A stretch of 64,000 nt of DNA. Origin: an uncultured delta proteobacterium (GTDB lineage Bacteria > Desulfobacterota > Binatia > DP-6). The position numbers and the translations under genes are program-made. The stretch is from positions 288,001 through 352,000 of the forward strand of contig CAWFFN010000008.1 of the NCBI GenBank assembly GCA_963815115.1, read 5' to 3'. The notes beneath the pieces are model-generated. The model was not told the DNA's origin and made no database searches. It saw nothing but the letters and a program-made list of their open reading frames with translations. Positions within the stretch are counted from its first letter, which is position 1; every line of letters starts with the position of its first letter. Below, piece by piece: positions 10,061-20,343 of this stretch.

Positions 10061-11362
10061 CTAGCATTCCATGCCCCATCCCTGCCAGGCCTCGAAGAGC
10101 GCCGGCGGTCCGAGCTCGGCGTACGCCTCGCCGGCGAGAAAGAGCGACCCGGCCACCAGGACCGCGTCGCGCGCCGAGGCGCCCTCGAGTCCTGCCCGGA
10201 CCGCGGCGCGGGGATCGCCGACGACGCGGGTCGGCCGGCGGCCGCCGATGGCGTCCGCGAGCACCGCGGGATCGAGTCCACGCCGCCCCACTCGCGTCAC
10301 GATGATCTCGGCGGCCGGCTCCATGAGGCGGTCGAGCATCGCCGTCCAGGCCTTGTCGGCCATGACCGCGAAGACGAGGACCAGCCGCCGATCCCCGAGC
10401 AGGCGCGGCAGCTCGGCCGCCAGCGCCTCCACGCCGGCGGGATTGTGGGCGCCGTCCACCACCACCAGCGGCCGCTCGCGGACCACCGCGAGCCGCCCTG
10501 GCCAGCGCACCCCGGCAAGCCCCGCACGCACCGCCCCCTCGGGCGCGGGGAAGCGGTCCCGGATCGAGGTCAGGAGGAGCAGGGCAACCTCCGCGTTGCC
10601 GCGCTGGAAGGCCCCCTCGAGCCCGAGCCTGAGGCCGTCCCAGCGCACCCCCCCGGGACCGTGGAAGGCGAGGCCGCCGCCTGCCGGCTCGAGAGCGCCG
10701 TCGCGCCCGGCGTGCGTCAGCGGGGAACCCAGCTCCGCCGCGCGTGCCGTCACCGCGGCGTCCGCCTCCGGGGCCAGGCGCCCGAGGACCATCGGCACTG
10801 CCGGCTTGGCGATCCCCGCCTTCTCGAGCGCGATCTCGCGGAGCTGGCGTCCGAGCCACTCCTCGTGGTCGAGGGCGATCGAGGTGATCGCCGTGGCGAT
10901 CGGCCGCACCGTGTTGGTCGCATCGAGCCGGCCGCCGAGCCCCACCTCGACGACGCCCACCTCGATCCCGATGCGGGCGAACCACTCGAGGGCGATCAAC
11001 GTGGAGAACTCGAAGTGGGTGAGCGCGATGCCGGCGCCGGCGAGCGCCTCCTGCTGCTCGGCGACCAGGGCCACGACGTCGTCGTGGGGAATGGTCCCGC
11101 CGCCCGCCCGGATGCGTTCCGCGAAGTCGACCAGGTGGGGCGAGGTGTAGAGTCCCGTGCGATGGCCCGCCGCGCGCAGCACCGCCTCCAGCATGGCGGC
11201 GGTGGAGCCCTTGCCGTTCGTCCCGGCGACGTGCACCGCGGGATAGGCCTCCTCGGGATGCCCGCGGAGCGCGAGCGCGGCCCGCATGCGCTCGAGCTTC
11301 AGGTCCCAGCCCGCGGTGATCTCGAGCGCCTGCAGCCAGGCGATGGTTTCGTCGTACGTCAA
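10061..11362 (-). CDS. folC: Folylpolyglutamate synthase/dihydrofolate synthase
   Basis: HVAGTNGKGST, GLYTSPHL, EVGLGGRLDATN, IALDH, EKAGIAK, WPGRL, DGAHNP; likely TTG start at 11362 (MTYDETIAWL). Confidence 0.93.
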   Translation of the reverse strand: MTYDETIAWLQALEITAGWDLKLERMRAALALRGHPEEAYPAVHVAGTNGKGSTAAMLEAVLRAAGHRTGLYTSPHLVDFAERIRAGGGTIPHDDVVALVAEQQEALAGAGIALTHFEFSTLIALEWFARIGIEVGVVEVGLGGRLDATNTVRPIATAITSIALDHEEWLGRQLREIALEKAGIAKPAVPMVLGRLAPEADAAVTARAAELGSPLTHAGRDGALEPAGGGLAFHGPGGVRWDGLRLGLEGAFQRGNAEVALLLLTSIRDRFPAPEGAVRAGLAGVRWPGRLAVVRERPLVVVDGAHNPAGVEALAAELPRLLGDRRLVLVFAVMADKAWTAMLDRLMEPAAEIIVTRVGRRGLDPAVLADAIGGRRPTRVVGDPRAAVRAGLEGASARDAVLVAGSLFLAGEAYAELGPPALFEAWQGWGMEC

Positions 11363-11364
11363 AG

Positions 11365-11650
11365 CGACCCGAGACTCCGTCTCGGGTCGAGAACGGAGGC
11401 GAGCGTGCGGCGTTCCGTGGATCGGGCGAGCGCGGTGCCGCGGCCGGCAAAGCCAGCGCGGCAAAACGTGGCACGCCCGAGTTCCGGGTGCAATCCGTGG
11501 TGCGCCACCCCCAAACATGCCATCTCAGCTACGGGGTCGCGCTCCGGCACGCCTGCCGCGCCGGCTTCGCTGGCCGCGGCACGCCACTCGCAGTGTTCAT
11601 CGCGTCTCATTCTCGCATTCCGTCCCGACCCGAGACGGAGTCTCGGGTCG
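11365..11650. repeat. Long imperfect inverted repeat capped by two inverted 25-bp perfect hairpins (REPIN/MITE-like or structured RNA)
   Basis: CGACCCGAGAC-TCC-GTCTCGGGTCG at 11365-11389 and its exact reverse complement at 11626-11650; inner ~30-bp arms at ~11435-11465 and ~11552-11582. Confidence 0.85.
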
Positions 11651-11655
11651 GAATG

Positions 11656-12459
11656 CTACCGGCCCGCGGCGCGCATGGCGGCAGCGAGACCGCCGACGAA
11701 CCCGGCCACGCGGGCCGGCGCCTCCTCCGCCGTCGAGCTCTCGATGACCCGGGCGAGGGCGCTCCCGACGATGACTGCGTCCGCGAAGCCCGCCACCCAG
11801 GCGGCCTGTTCCGGGCTCTGCACGCCGAAGCCGACGCCCACCGGCAGGTCGGTGATCTCGCGCACGGCGGCGACCAGTCCGGGCAGCTCGGGCGGCAGCG
11901 TCGCTCGAGCGCCGGTCACCCCGAGCACCGAGACCAGGTAGAGGAAGCCGCTGGCCGACGCCGCGATCCGACGGATGCGGCTCGCGGGCGTGGTGGGGGC
12001 GAGGAGCGCGATCAGATCGAGGCCGGCACCCTGCGCGGCGGCTCGGAGCTCGCCGGCCTCCTCGGGCGGGAGGTCGACGCAGAGCAGGCCGTCGACGCCC
12101 GCGGCGGCGGCGTCGCGGGCGATCGCCTCCACGCCGTAGCGAAAGAAGGGATTGTAGTAGCCGAACAGCACGATGGGCGCGTCGAGGTCGCGGCGCAGCT
12201 CGACCACCGTCTCCAGGATGCGAGGAAGCGTCGTACCCGCCGCGACGGCGCGCGCCGCCGAGCGCTGGAGGACGGGACCGTCCGCCATGGGGTCGGAGAA
12301 GGGCACCCCGAGCTCGACGAGGTCGGCGCCCGCATCCACCGCCGCACGCACCAGCTCGGCGGTGAGGTCGAGCGACGGATCACCGGCCGTCAGGTACGCG
12401 ACGAGGGCAGCGCGGCCCCGGGCGCGGCGGGTGGCGAGCACCTCGGCGATGCGGTTCAC
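11656..12459 (-). CDS. trpA: Tryptophan synthase alpha chain
   Basis: [57 protein letters not shown]. Confidence 0.96.
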   Translation of the reverse strand: MNRIAEVLATRRARGRAALVAYLTAGDPSLDLTAELVRAAVDAGADLVELGVPFSDPMADGPVLQRSAARAVAAGTTLPRILETVVELRRDLDAPIVLFGYYNPFFRYGVEAIARDAAAAGVDGLLCVDLPPEEAGELRAAAQGAGLDLIALLAPTTPASRIRRIAASASGFLYLVSVLGVTGARATLPPELPGLVAAVREITDLPVGVGFGVQSPEQAAWVAGFADAVIVGSALARVIESSTAEEAPARVAGFVGGLAAAMRAAGR

Positions 12460-13691
12460 GTGAGCTGCACCCCCAGATAGGCCGCAACCGTTCCCATGTC
12501 CTTGTCGCCGCGGCCCGAAAGATTGACGAGCAGCGTGCGGCGACGGTCGAGCCTGGGGGCCAGCCGCACGGCGTGTGCGATGGCGTGGGCGCTCTCGAGC
12601 GCCGGGATGATGCCCTCCGTGGCCGTCAGGAGCCGCAGCGCCTCGACCGCCTCGTCGTCGGTGACGGTGACGTAGGTCGCGCGCCCGCTGTCGCGCAGCC
12701 AGGCGTGCTCGGGGCCGACCCCCGGGTAGTCCAGGCCGGCGGAGATCGAGTGGGCGTTGCGGATCTGCCCCGTCTCGTCCTGCAGGAGGTAGGTCTTGTT
12801 GCCGTGCAGGACGCCCACCTGTCCGGCGGTGAGAGACGCCGCGTGCTCGCCGGTGTCCATCCCGCGGCCGGCCGCCTCGACACCGATCAGCTGCACCTTG
12901 CGGTCGTCACGGAAGGCGTGGAAGAGGCCGATGGCGTTGCTCCCACCCCCCACGCAGGCGATGCACGCGTCCGGCAGCCGGCCCGTGGCCCGGCGGATCT
13001 GCTGCCGCGCCTCCCGGCCGATGACGGCCTGGAACTCGCGCACCATGAGCGGATAGGGATGCGGACCGGCGACCGTGCCGATGACGTAGAAGGTGTCGCG
13101 CACGGTGGCGATCCAGTCGCGCAACGCCTCGTTCATGGCGTCCTTCAGGGTGCGCGATCCCGACTCGACGACGCGCACGTCGGCGCCGAGCAGCTTCATG
13201 CGGAAGACGTTCAGGCTCTGACGCTGCACGTCCTCCGCGCCCATGAACACCTCGCAACGCAGGCCGAACAGCGCGGCCACCGTCGCCGTGGCCACGCCGT
13301 GCTGGCCGGCGCCCGTCTCGGCGATGAGCCGGGTCTTGCCGAGTCGTCGCGCCACCAGCACCTGGCCGATGGTGTTGTTCACCTTGTGCGCTCCGGTGTG
13401 CAGCAGGTCCTCGCGCTTGAGGTAGATGCGCGCGCCTCCGAGCCGCTCGGAGAGACGGCGGGCGAAGTAGAGCCGGGTGGGCCGGCCCGCGTAGTCCCGC
13501 AGCCAGCTCCCCAGCTCGCGCCGGAAGCGCGCCTCCCGGCGCAGCTTCGCCCACGCCTGCTCGAGCTCGAGCAGCGCGGGCATCAGGGTCTCGGCGACAT
13601 AGCGGCCGCCGTACACCCCGAAGTGTCCCTCCGCGTCGGGTTGGTCCCTACGCGGCCTTGGCGCGACGGATGAAGTCCTCGATCTTGTCAT
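12456..13691 (-). CDS. trpB: Tryptophan synthase beta chain
   Basis: [61 protein letters not shown]; start approximate. Confidence 0.96.
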   Translation of the reverse strand: MTRSRTSSVAPRPRRDQPDAEGHFGVYGGRYVAETLMPALLELEQAWAKLRREARFRRELGSWLRDYAGRPTRLYFARRLSERLGGARIYLKREDLLHTGAHKVNNTIGQVLVARRLGKTRLIAETGAGQHGVATATVAALFGLRCEVFMGAEDVQRQSLNVFRMKLLGADVRVVESGSRTLKDAMNEALRDWIATVRDTFYVIGTVAGPHPYPLMVREFQAVIGREARQQIRRATGRLPDACIACVGGGSNAIGLFHAFRDDRKVQLIGVEAAGRGMDTGEHAASLTAGQVGVLHGNKTYLLQDETGQIRNAHSISAGLDYPGVGPEHAWLRDSGRATYVTVTDDEAVEALRLLTATEGIIPALESAHAIAHAVRLAPRLDRRRTLLVNLSGRGDKDMGTVAAYLGVQLT

Positions 13692-14259
13692 GGTCCTTGA
13701 TCCCCGGTGCGCTCTCGACACCCGACGCCACGTCGACCGCAAAGGGACGCAGCAGGCGCACCGCCGCTGCGACCGTCTCGGGGCGGAGGCCGCCGGCGAC
13801 GAACAGCCTCTCGGTCGCCAGCCCCCGCGCGCGCTCCGGGTCGAGCGCGACGCCCGTGCCGCCGGGCCGGCCGGCGACGAAGCTGTCGAGCAGCAGGTAG
13901 TCCGTGTCATACGCCGCAGCGAGCGCGGCGGGGTCGTCTCCCGAGCGCACGCGCAGCGCCTTGATCGTCCGTACGCCGAAGCCGCGGCACGCGGCCGGCT
14001 GCTCGTCGCCGTGGAGCTGGAGCGCCCACAGCCCGAGCCGCCGCACCAGGCGCTCCATCTCCGCCCGCGGCGCATCGACGAACACGCCGACGAGGCGCAC
14101 GTCCGGGATCGCCGCGGCGATGGCGGCCGCGGTCTCCTCGTCGACGTGACGCGGGCTGGGCGGATGGAAGTTGAGGCCCACGAAGTCGGCGCCGCTGTCG
14201 ACCGCGGCGCGCGCGTCGTCGACCGTGCGCACGCCGCAGATCTTCACCATCACGGTCAC
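13648..14259 (-). CDS. trpF: Phosphoribosylanthranilate isomerase
   Basis: [41 protein letters not shown]. Confidence 0.94.
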   Translation of the reverse strand: MTVMVKICGVRTVDDARAAVDSGADFVGLNFHPPSPRHVDEETAAAIAAAIPDVRLVGVFVDAPRAEMERLVRRLGLWALQLHGDEQPAACRGFGVRTIKALRVRSGDDPAALAAAYDTDYLLLDSFVAGRPGGTGVALDPERARGLATERLFVAGGLRPETVAAAVRLLRPFAVDVASGVESAPGIKDHDKIEDFIRRAKAA

Positions 14260-15029
14260 GCGAACAGCTCCCGGAGCGCCGCGCCCGGGTCGGGGGCCGC
14301 CATGAACGCCTCGCCCACGAGCACCGCCCGCGCGCCCGCGTTGCGCATGCGGCGGACGTCGGCCGGACGATGGATGCCGCTCTCGGCGACGAGGATCACT
14401 CCCTCGGGAACCAGCCCGGCGAGCTGCTCGGTGGTCTCGAGCCTGGTCTCGAACGTCCGCAGGTCGCGGTTGTTGACCCCCACGAGCGTCGCGCCGAGCC
14501 CCAGCGCCGCGTCGAGCTCGCGCCGGTCGTGCACCTCGACCAGGGCATCCAGGCCGTGGGCCCGCGCCGCCGCCAGCAGCTCGGCGCCCAGGGCCGCGCC
14601 GACGGCGGCGACGATGACGAGGATGGCGTCCGCTCCCCAGGCGCGTGCCTCCTCCACCTGGTAGGAATCGACCAGGAAGTCCTTGCGCAGGAGCGGCAGG
14701 CGTACGGCATCCCTGGCGGCGGCGAGGTGCGCGAGCGCACCCTGGAACCAGCGCGGCTCGGTGAGGACGGAGATCGCCGTGGCGCCGGCCTCTGCATAGC
14801 TCCGCGCGTGCGCCGCCGGATCGAAGGCCGTCCGGATGACGCCGCGGGACGGCGAGGCGCGCTTGATCTCGGCGATGACGGCCGTCGCCGTCGCGGCGGC
14901 CAGCGCGGCCCGGAAGCCCCGTCGCGGCTCGTGCCAGTGCGGCAGATCGCGCAGCGCCGCGGGTGCAGCCGCCCGGCGCGCTGCCGCCACGGCCTCACGC
15001 GTGTGGGCCAGGATGTCGTCGAGGATCAT
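14256..15029 (-). CDS. trpC: Indole-3-glycerol phosphate synthase
   Basis: IAEIKRASPSRG, ISVLTE, LRKDF, LVEVH, GVNNRDL, AESGI. Confidence 0.95.
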   Translation of the reverse strand: MILDDILAHTREAVAAARRAAAPAALRDLPHWHEPRRGFRAALAAATATAVIAEIKRASPSRGVIRTAFDPAAHARSYAEAGATAISVLTEPRWFQGALAHLAAARDAVRLPLLRKDFLVDSYQVEEARAWGADAILVIVAAVGAALGAELLAAARAHGLDALVEVHDRRELDAALGLGATLVGVNNRDLRTFETRLETTEQLAGLVPEGVILVAESGIHRPADVRRMRNAGARAVLVGEAFMAAPDPGAALRELFA

Positions 15030-15036
15030 GACGGGA

Positions 15037-16074
15037 TCAGCCCGCGGCCTCCGCCGCTCGCCCTCGCCGCGTGAAGCGGGCGAGGCGCTCGAGTGTCGCC
15101 GCGGCGCCACCCGAGTCGATCGCGGCCTGCGCGCGCCCCACCCCGTCGGCCAGGCCCGCGGCCGCGCCTGCCACGACGAGCGCCGCCGCCGCGTTCAGGC
15201 AGACGACGTCGCGCGCCGGACCGGGCTCGCCGGCCAGAACGCCTCGCACGCGAGCCGCCGACTCGGCCACCGAGCCGACCCGCAGGACCGCGTTCGGCGC
15301 CGGCCGCAGCCCGGCGCCGGCCGCGTCGATCGTGAAGGTGCGTACCCCCCCCGCGCCGACCTCCGCCACGGCCGACGGCCCCTCGAGGGCGAGCTCGTCC
15401 AGACCGCCGGCTCCGTGCACGACCCAGGCCCGCTCGCTGCCGAGGGCTGCGAGCGCCCGGGCGACGGGCTCCACCAGGCGGCGCTCGCCGACGCCGACCA
15501 CCTGTCGACGGATGCCGGCGGGGTTCACCAGCGGACCGAGCAGGTTGAAGATCGTGCGCACGCCGAGCTCGCGGCGCACCGCGCTCACGCGCGCGAGGAG
15601 CGGATGGAGCGCGGGCGCATACAGGAAGGCGATTCCGACCTCGCGCAGACAGGCACCGAGGAGGTCCGGCGACTGCTCCACCGCGACGCCCATCTCCTCG
15701 AGGAGATCCGCGCTCCCGGCGCTTCCCGAGACGGCGCGATTGCCGTGCTTCGCCACCGGGATGCCCGCTGCCGCGACGACCAGCGCGGCGGCGGTGGACA
15801 CGTTGAACGTGCGGGCTCCGTCACCACCCGTGCCGCAGGTGTCGACGGCCTCGGCGGGAACGCCGGGGATCCCGATGGCGTGCGCGCGCAGCACGCGCGC
15901 GGCCCCGACCAGCTCGTCGACGTGCTCGCCCTTCTGGCGGAGCCCGACCAGGAGTGCCGCGACCTGCGCCGGCGTGGCATCGCCGCGCAGCACGGCCTCC
16001 ATGACCGCCGCCATCTCGGATTCGCCGAGATGGCCGCCGCCGAGCACGCGCTGGATGGCCGCCTGCGGCGTCAT
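15037..16074 (-). CDS. trpD: Anthranilate phosphoribosyltransferase
   Basis: [43 protein letters not shown]. Confidence 0.95.
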   Translation of the reverse strand: MTPQAAIQRVLGGGHLGESEMAAVMEAVLRGDATPAQVAALLVGLRQKGEHVDELVGAARVLRAHAIGIPGVPAEAVDTCGTGGDGARTFNVSTAAALVVAAAGIPVAKHGNRAVSGSAGSADLLEEMGVAVEQSPDLLGACLREVGIAFLYAPALHPLLARVSAVRRELGVRTIFNLLGPLVNPAGIRRQVVGVGERRLVEPVARALAALGSERAWVVHGAGGLDELALEGPSAVAEVGAGGVRTFTIDAAGAGLRPAPNAVLRVGSVAESAARVRGVLAGEPGPARDVVCLNAAAALVVAGAAAGLADGVGRAQAAIDSGGAAATLERLARFTRRGRAAEAAG

Positions 16075-16670
16075 CGCGGCGTGGCGGCGCGGGCCGGGAG
16101 GCGGCCGAGGAAGTTGCCGAGGAGTCGCTTCCCCTCCAGCGTCAGGATCGATTCGGGGTGGAACTGCACGCCCTCCACGAAGGCGCTCCGGTGCCGCACG
16201 CCCATGATCTCGCCCTCGGCCGTCCACGCGGTCCGCCGCAGCACCGCGGGCAGCGTGCCGGGGTCGATCACCAGGGAATGATAGCGGGTCGCGTCGAAGG
16301 GATCGGGCAGGCCGGCGAAGACGCCCGTGTCGTCGTGATGGATGGGCGAGGTCTTGCCGTGCATGATGCGCGGCGCGCGTACCACGTCGCCGCCGAAGGC
16401 GGCGCCGATCGCCTGGTGGCCCAGGCAGACCCCGAGGATCGGGACCTCGCCGGCGAACCGCTGGATCAGCGGCACCGAGATGCCGGCCTCGCGCGGAGTG
16501 CAGGGCCCCGGCGAGATGACGATGCCGTCCGGCGCCAGCTCCACCACGTCGTCGAGGCCGACGGCGTCGTTGCGCCGTACCTCGACCTCCGCTCCGAGCT
16601 CGGCGAGATACTGCACCAGGTTGTAGGTGAAGGAGTCGTAGTTGTCGATCATGAGCAGCCGCGGCGGCAT
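16071..16670 (-). CDS. trpG: Anthranilate synthase component II (glutamine amidotransferase)
   Basis: [38 protein letters not shown]; own ATG overlaps the trpE stop. Confidence 0.94.
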   Translation of the reverse strand: MPPRLLMIDNYDSFTYNLVQYLAELGAEVEVRRNDAVGLDDVVELAPDGIVISPGPCTPREAGISVPLIQRFAGEVPILGVCLGHQAIGAAFGGDVVRAPRIMHGKTSPIHHDDTGVFAGLPDPFDATRYHSLVIDPGTLPAVLRRTAWTAEGEIMGVRHRSAFVEGVQFHPESILTLEGKRLLGNFLGRLPARAATPR

Positions 16671-18197
16671 CACAGGCCTTCCGCCAGCCGCACCGCATTC
16701 ACCACCGCCCGCGCCTTGTTCACGCACTCGCGATGCTCGGCCTCGGGATCGGAGTCGGCGACGATCCCGGCACCCGCCTGGATGAAGGCGCGGCCGTCGC
16801 GCATGAGCACGGAGCGGATGGCGATCGCCGTGTCCATCGCGCCGCCGTAGCCGAAGTAGCCCACCGCCCCGCCGTAGATGCCCCGGCGCACCGGCTCGAG
16901 CTCCTCGATGATCTCCATGGCGCGGATCTTGGGCGCGCCGCTCAGCGTACCGGCCGGGAACGTCGCGCGGAAGGCGTCGAAGCAGTCCCGTCCCGGCTCG
17001 AGCCGCCCGCGCACGTTCGACACCAGGTGCATCACGTGCGAGTAGCGCTCGATCACGAAGCGCTCGGTGACCTCCACCGTCCCGACCTCGGCCACGCGTC
17101 CCACGTCGTTGCGCCCGAGATCGAGCAGCATGACGTGCTCGGCGAGCTCCTTCGGATCGGAGGCGCAGCTCGTCGGCGAGCGCGGCGTCGTCGCGCTCGC
17201 CGGTGCCGCGCGGCCGCGTGCCGGCGATCGGCCGGACCACCAGCTCGCCGCCCTCCACCCGCGCCATCACCTCGGGCGACGCGCCTGCCAGGGCGTGCGC
17301 GCCGAGCGCGAGGTAGAACATGTACGGCGACGGGTTCACGGTGCGCAGGCAGCGGTAGACGTTGAAGGGCGCGGCGGCCAGCGGCATCTCGAAGCGCTGC
17401 GCCAGCACCACCTGGATGACGTCGCCGGCACGGATGTACTCCTTGGCGCGCGCCACCATGCCCTGGTACGCCTCCGGGGTGAGATTGGCGCGCACCTCTT
17501 CGGGCGCGCCACCGCGCGCGACGGGTGCGACCGGTCCGACCGCTGGCGTTCCCAGCCGGTCGACCAGCTCGTCGATGCGGGCGACCGCGGCGTCGTAGGC
17601 GTCGTCCGGCGAGACGCCGTCTCCCACGTGCGCGTGCGACACCACGCGGATGGTCTGCGCCACGTTGTCGAACACCAGCACGCTCTGGACCAGGAGCATG
17701 CAGAGATCCGGCAGAAGCAGGTCGTCCTCTGCCAGGGCCGGCAGCCGTTCCAGGCTGCGCACCACGTCGTACCCGACGTAGCCGACCGCCCCGCCCACGA
17801 AGCGCGGCAGCCCCGACACGGGCACCGCACGATAGGCGGCGAGGAGCCGCTTCAGCTCGCCGAGCGGGTCGTCGGTCGCCCAGCGCTCGACGCCTCCACC
17901 GGGCGTCTCGAGCTCGACCTCGCGCCCGCGCACGCGGAGCACCCGTGCGGGCTCCGTCCCGAGAAAGGTGAAGCGGCCCCAGCGCTCGCCGCCCTGCACG
18001 CTTTCGAGCAGGAACCCGTAGGGCCCGCGGCGGATCTTCAGGAAGGCCGAGACCGGGGTTTCCAGATCGGCGAGGATGTCCCGGCTGAGGGGGATCAGGT
18101 TCCCTGCCTCGACGAGCCCCCGGAAGTCCTCGCGTGGCGGCCACACGGCCCCGGCGCGCCGTCCCCAGGCGGGCGCTCTCGGGAGCGCTGCGCTCAT
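16670..18197 (-). CDS. trpE: Anthranilate synthase component I; +1 indel near 17160
   Basis: [32 protein letters not shown], then after the shift [38 protein letters not shown]; span 1528 nt = 3n+1. Confidence 0.93.
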
Positions 18198-19036
18198 TGG
18201 GACGCCACGTAGGCCCGGGAGACGCCCTCCCGATCGCGCAACCGCCGCATCACCTGCTCGGCCTGCTCCGCGCTGGCGTAGCGTCCCACGCGCAGGCGGT
18301 ACCACGTGCCGCCGTCGCGCGGGACCGCTTGCACGGTGGCGTCGAAGCCCCGCCGGGCGAGGTTGGCGCGCATCGCCTCGGCCTCGGAGCGGTCGCGGGT
18401 CGAGGTGGCCTCGACGGTGAAGGCTCCACTCCTGGGTGGCGACGTCGTCGCGCGGGCCGCCGTCGTTCGGTCCTTCGCCGTCGGCACCGTCCCGGTCTTC
18501 GCGCCGCTCGCGGCGGGAGACCTGGCGGGGGCCGCGGCCCCCGGCTTCGACGGCCGCGCCGTCGCGGATCTCGCCCGCGGCGCCGTCGCGGGCCCGGCCG
18601 CAGTCGGCTTCGTCGGGACCGCCGCTCCCGGCTTCGCCGGCGGGGCCGTCCTGGACGCCACCTGCACCTTTCCGGTCGCGGCGCCCTGCGGCGCACCGCT
18701 GGCCTTCGGCGAGGCCGCCGGCAGCGCCGGCTTCTGCTCGGCCGGCCGGATCGGACCGGCCTTGGACCGCGCGGGGGTTGCGTCCGTGTGCCCCGTCGGC
18801 ACCAGCGTGTCGTAGAAGGTGAACTCGTCGCCGCTCTTCGGCCGCTGCCCCTCCGGCGGCGGCTGCGTGGTCACCGGCAGCCGGACGCCGCGGTCCTCCC
18901 CCGCGGGGACGCGCTCCTGGATCCGATTGCCGGTATAGAAGCCGATGCCGTAGACCACCGCGCAGCTCACCATCCAGACCCCGACGAGGATGGCGCGCTC
19001 GACCAGCCGCAACCCCGGACGCGGATTCTCTCCCAT
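18194..19036 (-). CDS. SPOR-domain membrane protein (FtsN/DedD-like)
   Basis: N-terminal TM helix, FTFYDTL motif, Pro/Ala/Lys linker, C-terminal SPOR ([14 protein letters not shown]); follows the argS-like gene. Confidence 0.85.
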   Translation of the reverse strand: MGENPRPGLRLVERAILVGVWMVSCAVVYGIGFYTGNRIQERVPAGEDRGVRLPVTTQPPPEGQRPKSGDEFTFYDTLVPTGHTDATPARSKAGPIRPAEQKPALPAASPKASGAPQGAATGKVQVASRTAPPAKPGAAVPTKPTAAGPATAPRARSATARPSKPGAAAPARSPAASGAKTGTVPTAKDRTTAARATTSPPRSGAFTVEATSTRDRSEAEAMRANLARRGFDATVQAVPRDGGTWYRLRVGRYASAEQAEQVMRRLRDREGVSRAYVASQ

Positions 19037-19046
19037 CTTCCCCTCC

Positions 19047-20228
19047 TCACATCCGCCCGGCCGCTGCGACGCCGCACAACCGGAGGGCATCGGACAGCAC
19101 GTGCTGCGCGCATGCCCCCAGCGCGAGCCGCGCCTGGGTCAGGACACCGTCCGCCGTGAGCATGCGGTGGCGGTTATAGTAGCGATGGACCGCCGCGGCG
19201 AGCGTCAGAGCGTGGCCGGCGACGGCGTGCGGCTCGAGCGCGTGCGCCGCCCGCTCGACCACGTCGGGCCACACGACCACCTGGCGCAGCACCTCGGCCT
19301 CCGCCTCGCCGAGTGGTGCGAGATCGGGACGGGGCTCGCGGGCGACGCCGGCGATTGCGGCCTCGCGCAGCACGCCGGCGAGGCGGGCATGCGCAAGCTG
19401 GACACGGCCGAGCGGGTTGTCCGCATCGCGGCGCTTCGCCTGCTCCAGATCCACGTCGAGCGCCCTGCCTGATCGCCCCAGCAGGAGAAAGAACCGCCCC
19501 GCATCGTCGCCGATCTCTCGCACGACGTCCGGCCAGCCGACGTCGGATGAGCGCACGATCTCCCCGCCCCTCGCGAGCCCGACCGGAGCCGCCGGGACGA
19601 GCCGGAGCACTGCGGGATCGACGGCGGCGCGCAGCCGATCTGCAGAAGCGCCGTCATCCACCTCGACGACCGCGGCGAGAAGGTCGACGCCCTCCGTGGC
19701 GGCCGAATCCGCGGCGTCCTCGGCGGGCGCGGTCGAGCGCTCGCGCGGGTCGACGGCCCAGCCGCTGGCCTCGAGAAGGCGCGCCACGCTTCCGGCGAGC
19801 ACCGCGCAGCGCGCCTGCGCCAGGCTCGGCCCCTCCTCCCGTGCTGCGACCTGCAGGACACGGGCCCGGCGGCCGCGCCCGACAGAGCTGCGCCCGTAGG
19901 CGCGGCCGGCCGTCACCGCCTCGTCGAGCAGCATGTGCCAAAAGGCCGCGCCGAACCGGAAGTTCACGAATCCCGGCCCTGCCACCTCGACGCCGCTCAG
20001 CCATCGGCAAGGGTCGCGTAGGCGGTCGAGGAGGACCTCCGCGATGTCCTGCGGCGGTCGCCCCATCTCGCGGGCGAGCATCATCGCCACGTCGCAGGTC
20101 AGGTCCCCGAAGGCCGGGTCGGCGGGCTCGTGCACCGCGTAGGCGGGCACGCTGCGGACCCGGAGCAGTCCCCCCTCGATGGCGTCGGTCAGCGCTTCCC
20201 GGACGAGCGCGTCAACGTGCGATCGCAC
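19047..20228 (-). CDS. Degenerate arginyl-tRNA synthetase paralogue (N-terminal and DALR anticodon domains kept, catalytic motifs lost)
   Basis: FGDL..VAMMLA, VAGPGFVNF, IGDDAGRFF, DNP..VQLAHAR, terminal RM; no HIGH or KMSK-like motif; start GTG 20228 or ATG 20276. Confidence 0.8.
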   Translation of the reverse strand: MRSHVDALVREALTDAIEGGLLRVRSVPAYAVHEPADPAFGDLTCDVAMMLAREMGRPPQDIAEVLLDRLRDPCRWLSGVEVAGPGFVNFRFGAAFWHMLLDEAVTAGRAYGRSSVGRGRRARVLQVAAREEGPSLAQARCAVLAGSVARLLEASGWAVDPRERSTAPAEDAADSAATEGVDLLAAVVEVDDGASADRLRAAVDPAVLRLVPAAPVGLARGGEIVRSSDVGWPDVVREIGDDAGRFFLLLGRSGRALDVDLEQAKRRDADNPLGRVQLAHARLAGVLREAAIAGVAREPRPDLAPLGEAEAEVLRQVVVWPDVVERAAHALEPHAVAGHALTLAAAVHRYYNRHRMLTADGVLTQARLALGACAQHVLSDALRLCGVAAAGRM

Positions 20229-20287
20229 GCCAAAGCCAGTTCCCGGCGGCGCGCGTGTCGGAGACCCCGGGGGCATCCATGGGGCGC

Positions 20288-20316
20288 GTTGTACCGGCGC
20301 CCCCGGGCGCCGTCAA
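20288..20316 (-). promoter_or_regulatory. Putative sigma70 promoter for argS-like/SPOR/trp unit (TTGACG-N17-TACAAC)
   Basis: Near-consensus hexamers with 17-nt spacer in the rplQ-argS gap. Confidence 0.6.
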
Positions 20317-20343
20317 CCGGCGCACGCGCGCGCGCGCCGCGCC

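Noticed and set aside
10062-11658. 9-bp inverted pair TAGCATTCC / GGAATGCTA flanking folC plus the palindromic element
   Set aside because: Too short, no target-site duplication or transposase, and both copies coincide with stop codons. Likely chance.
16071-18305. 744-aa ORF that looks like a TrpE-TrpG fusion
   Set aside because: Artefact of the +1 indel near 17160. The true TrpE C-terminus is in another frame (16670-17131) and trpG has its own ATG.
18420-18790. Repetitive Pro/Ala/Lys/Thr tract in the SPOR gene
   Set aside because: Ordinary low-complexity periplasmic linker of SPOR proteins; no exact DNA repeat array and not CRISPR-like.
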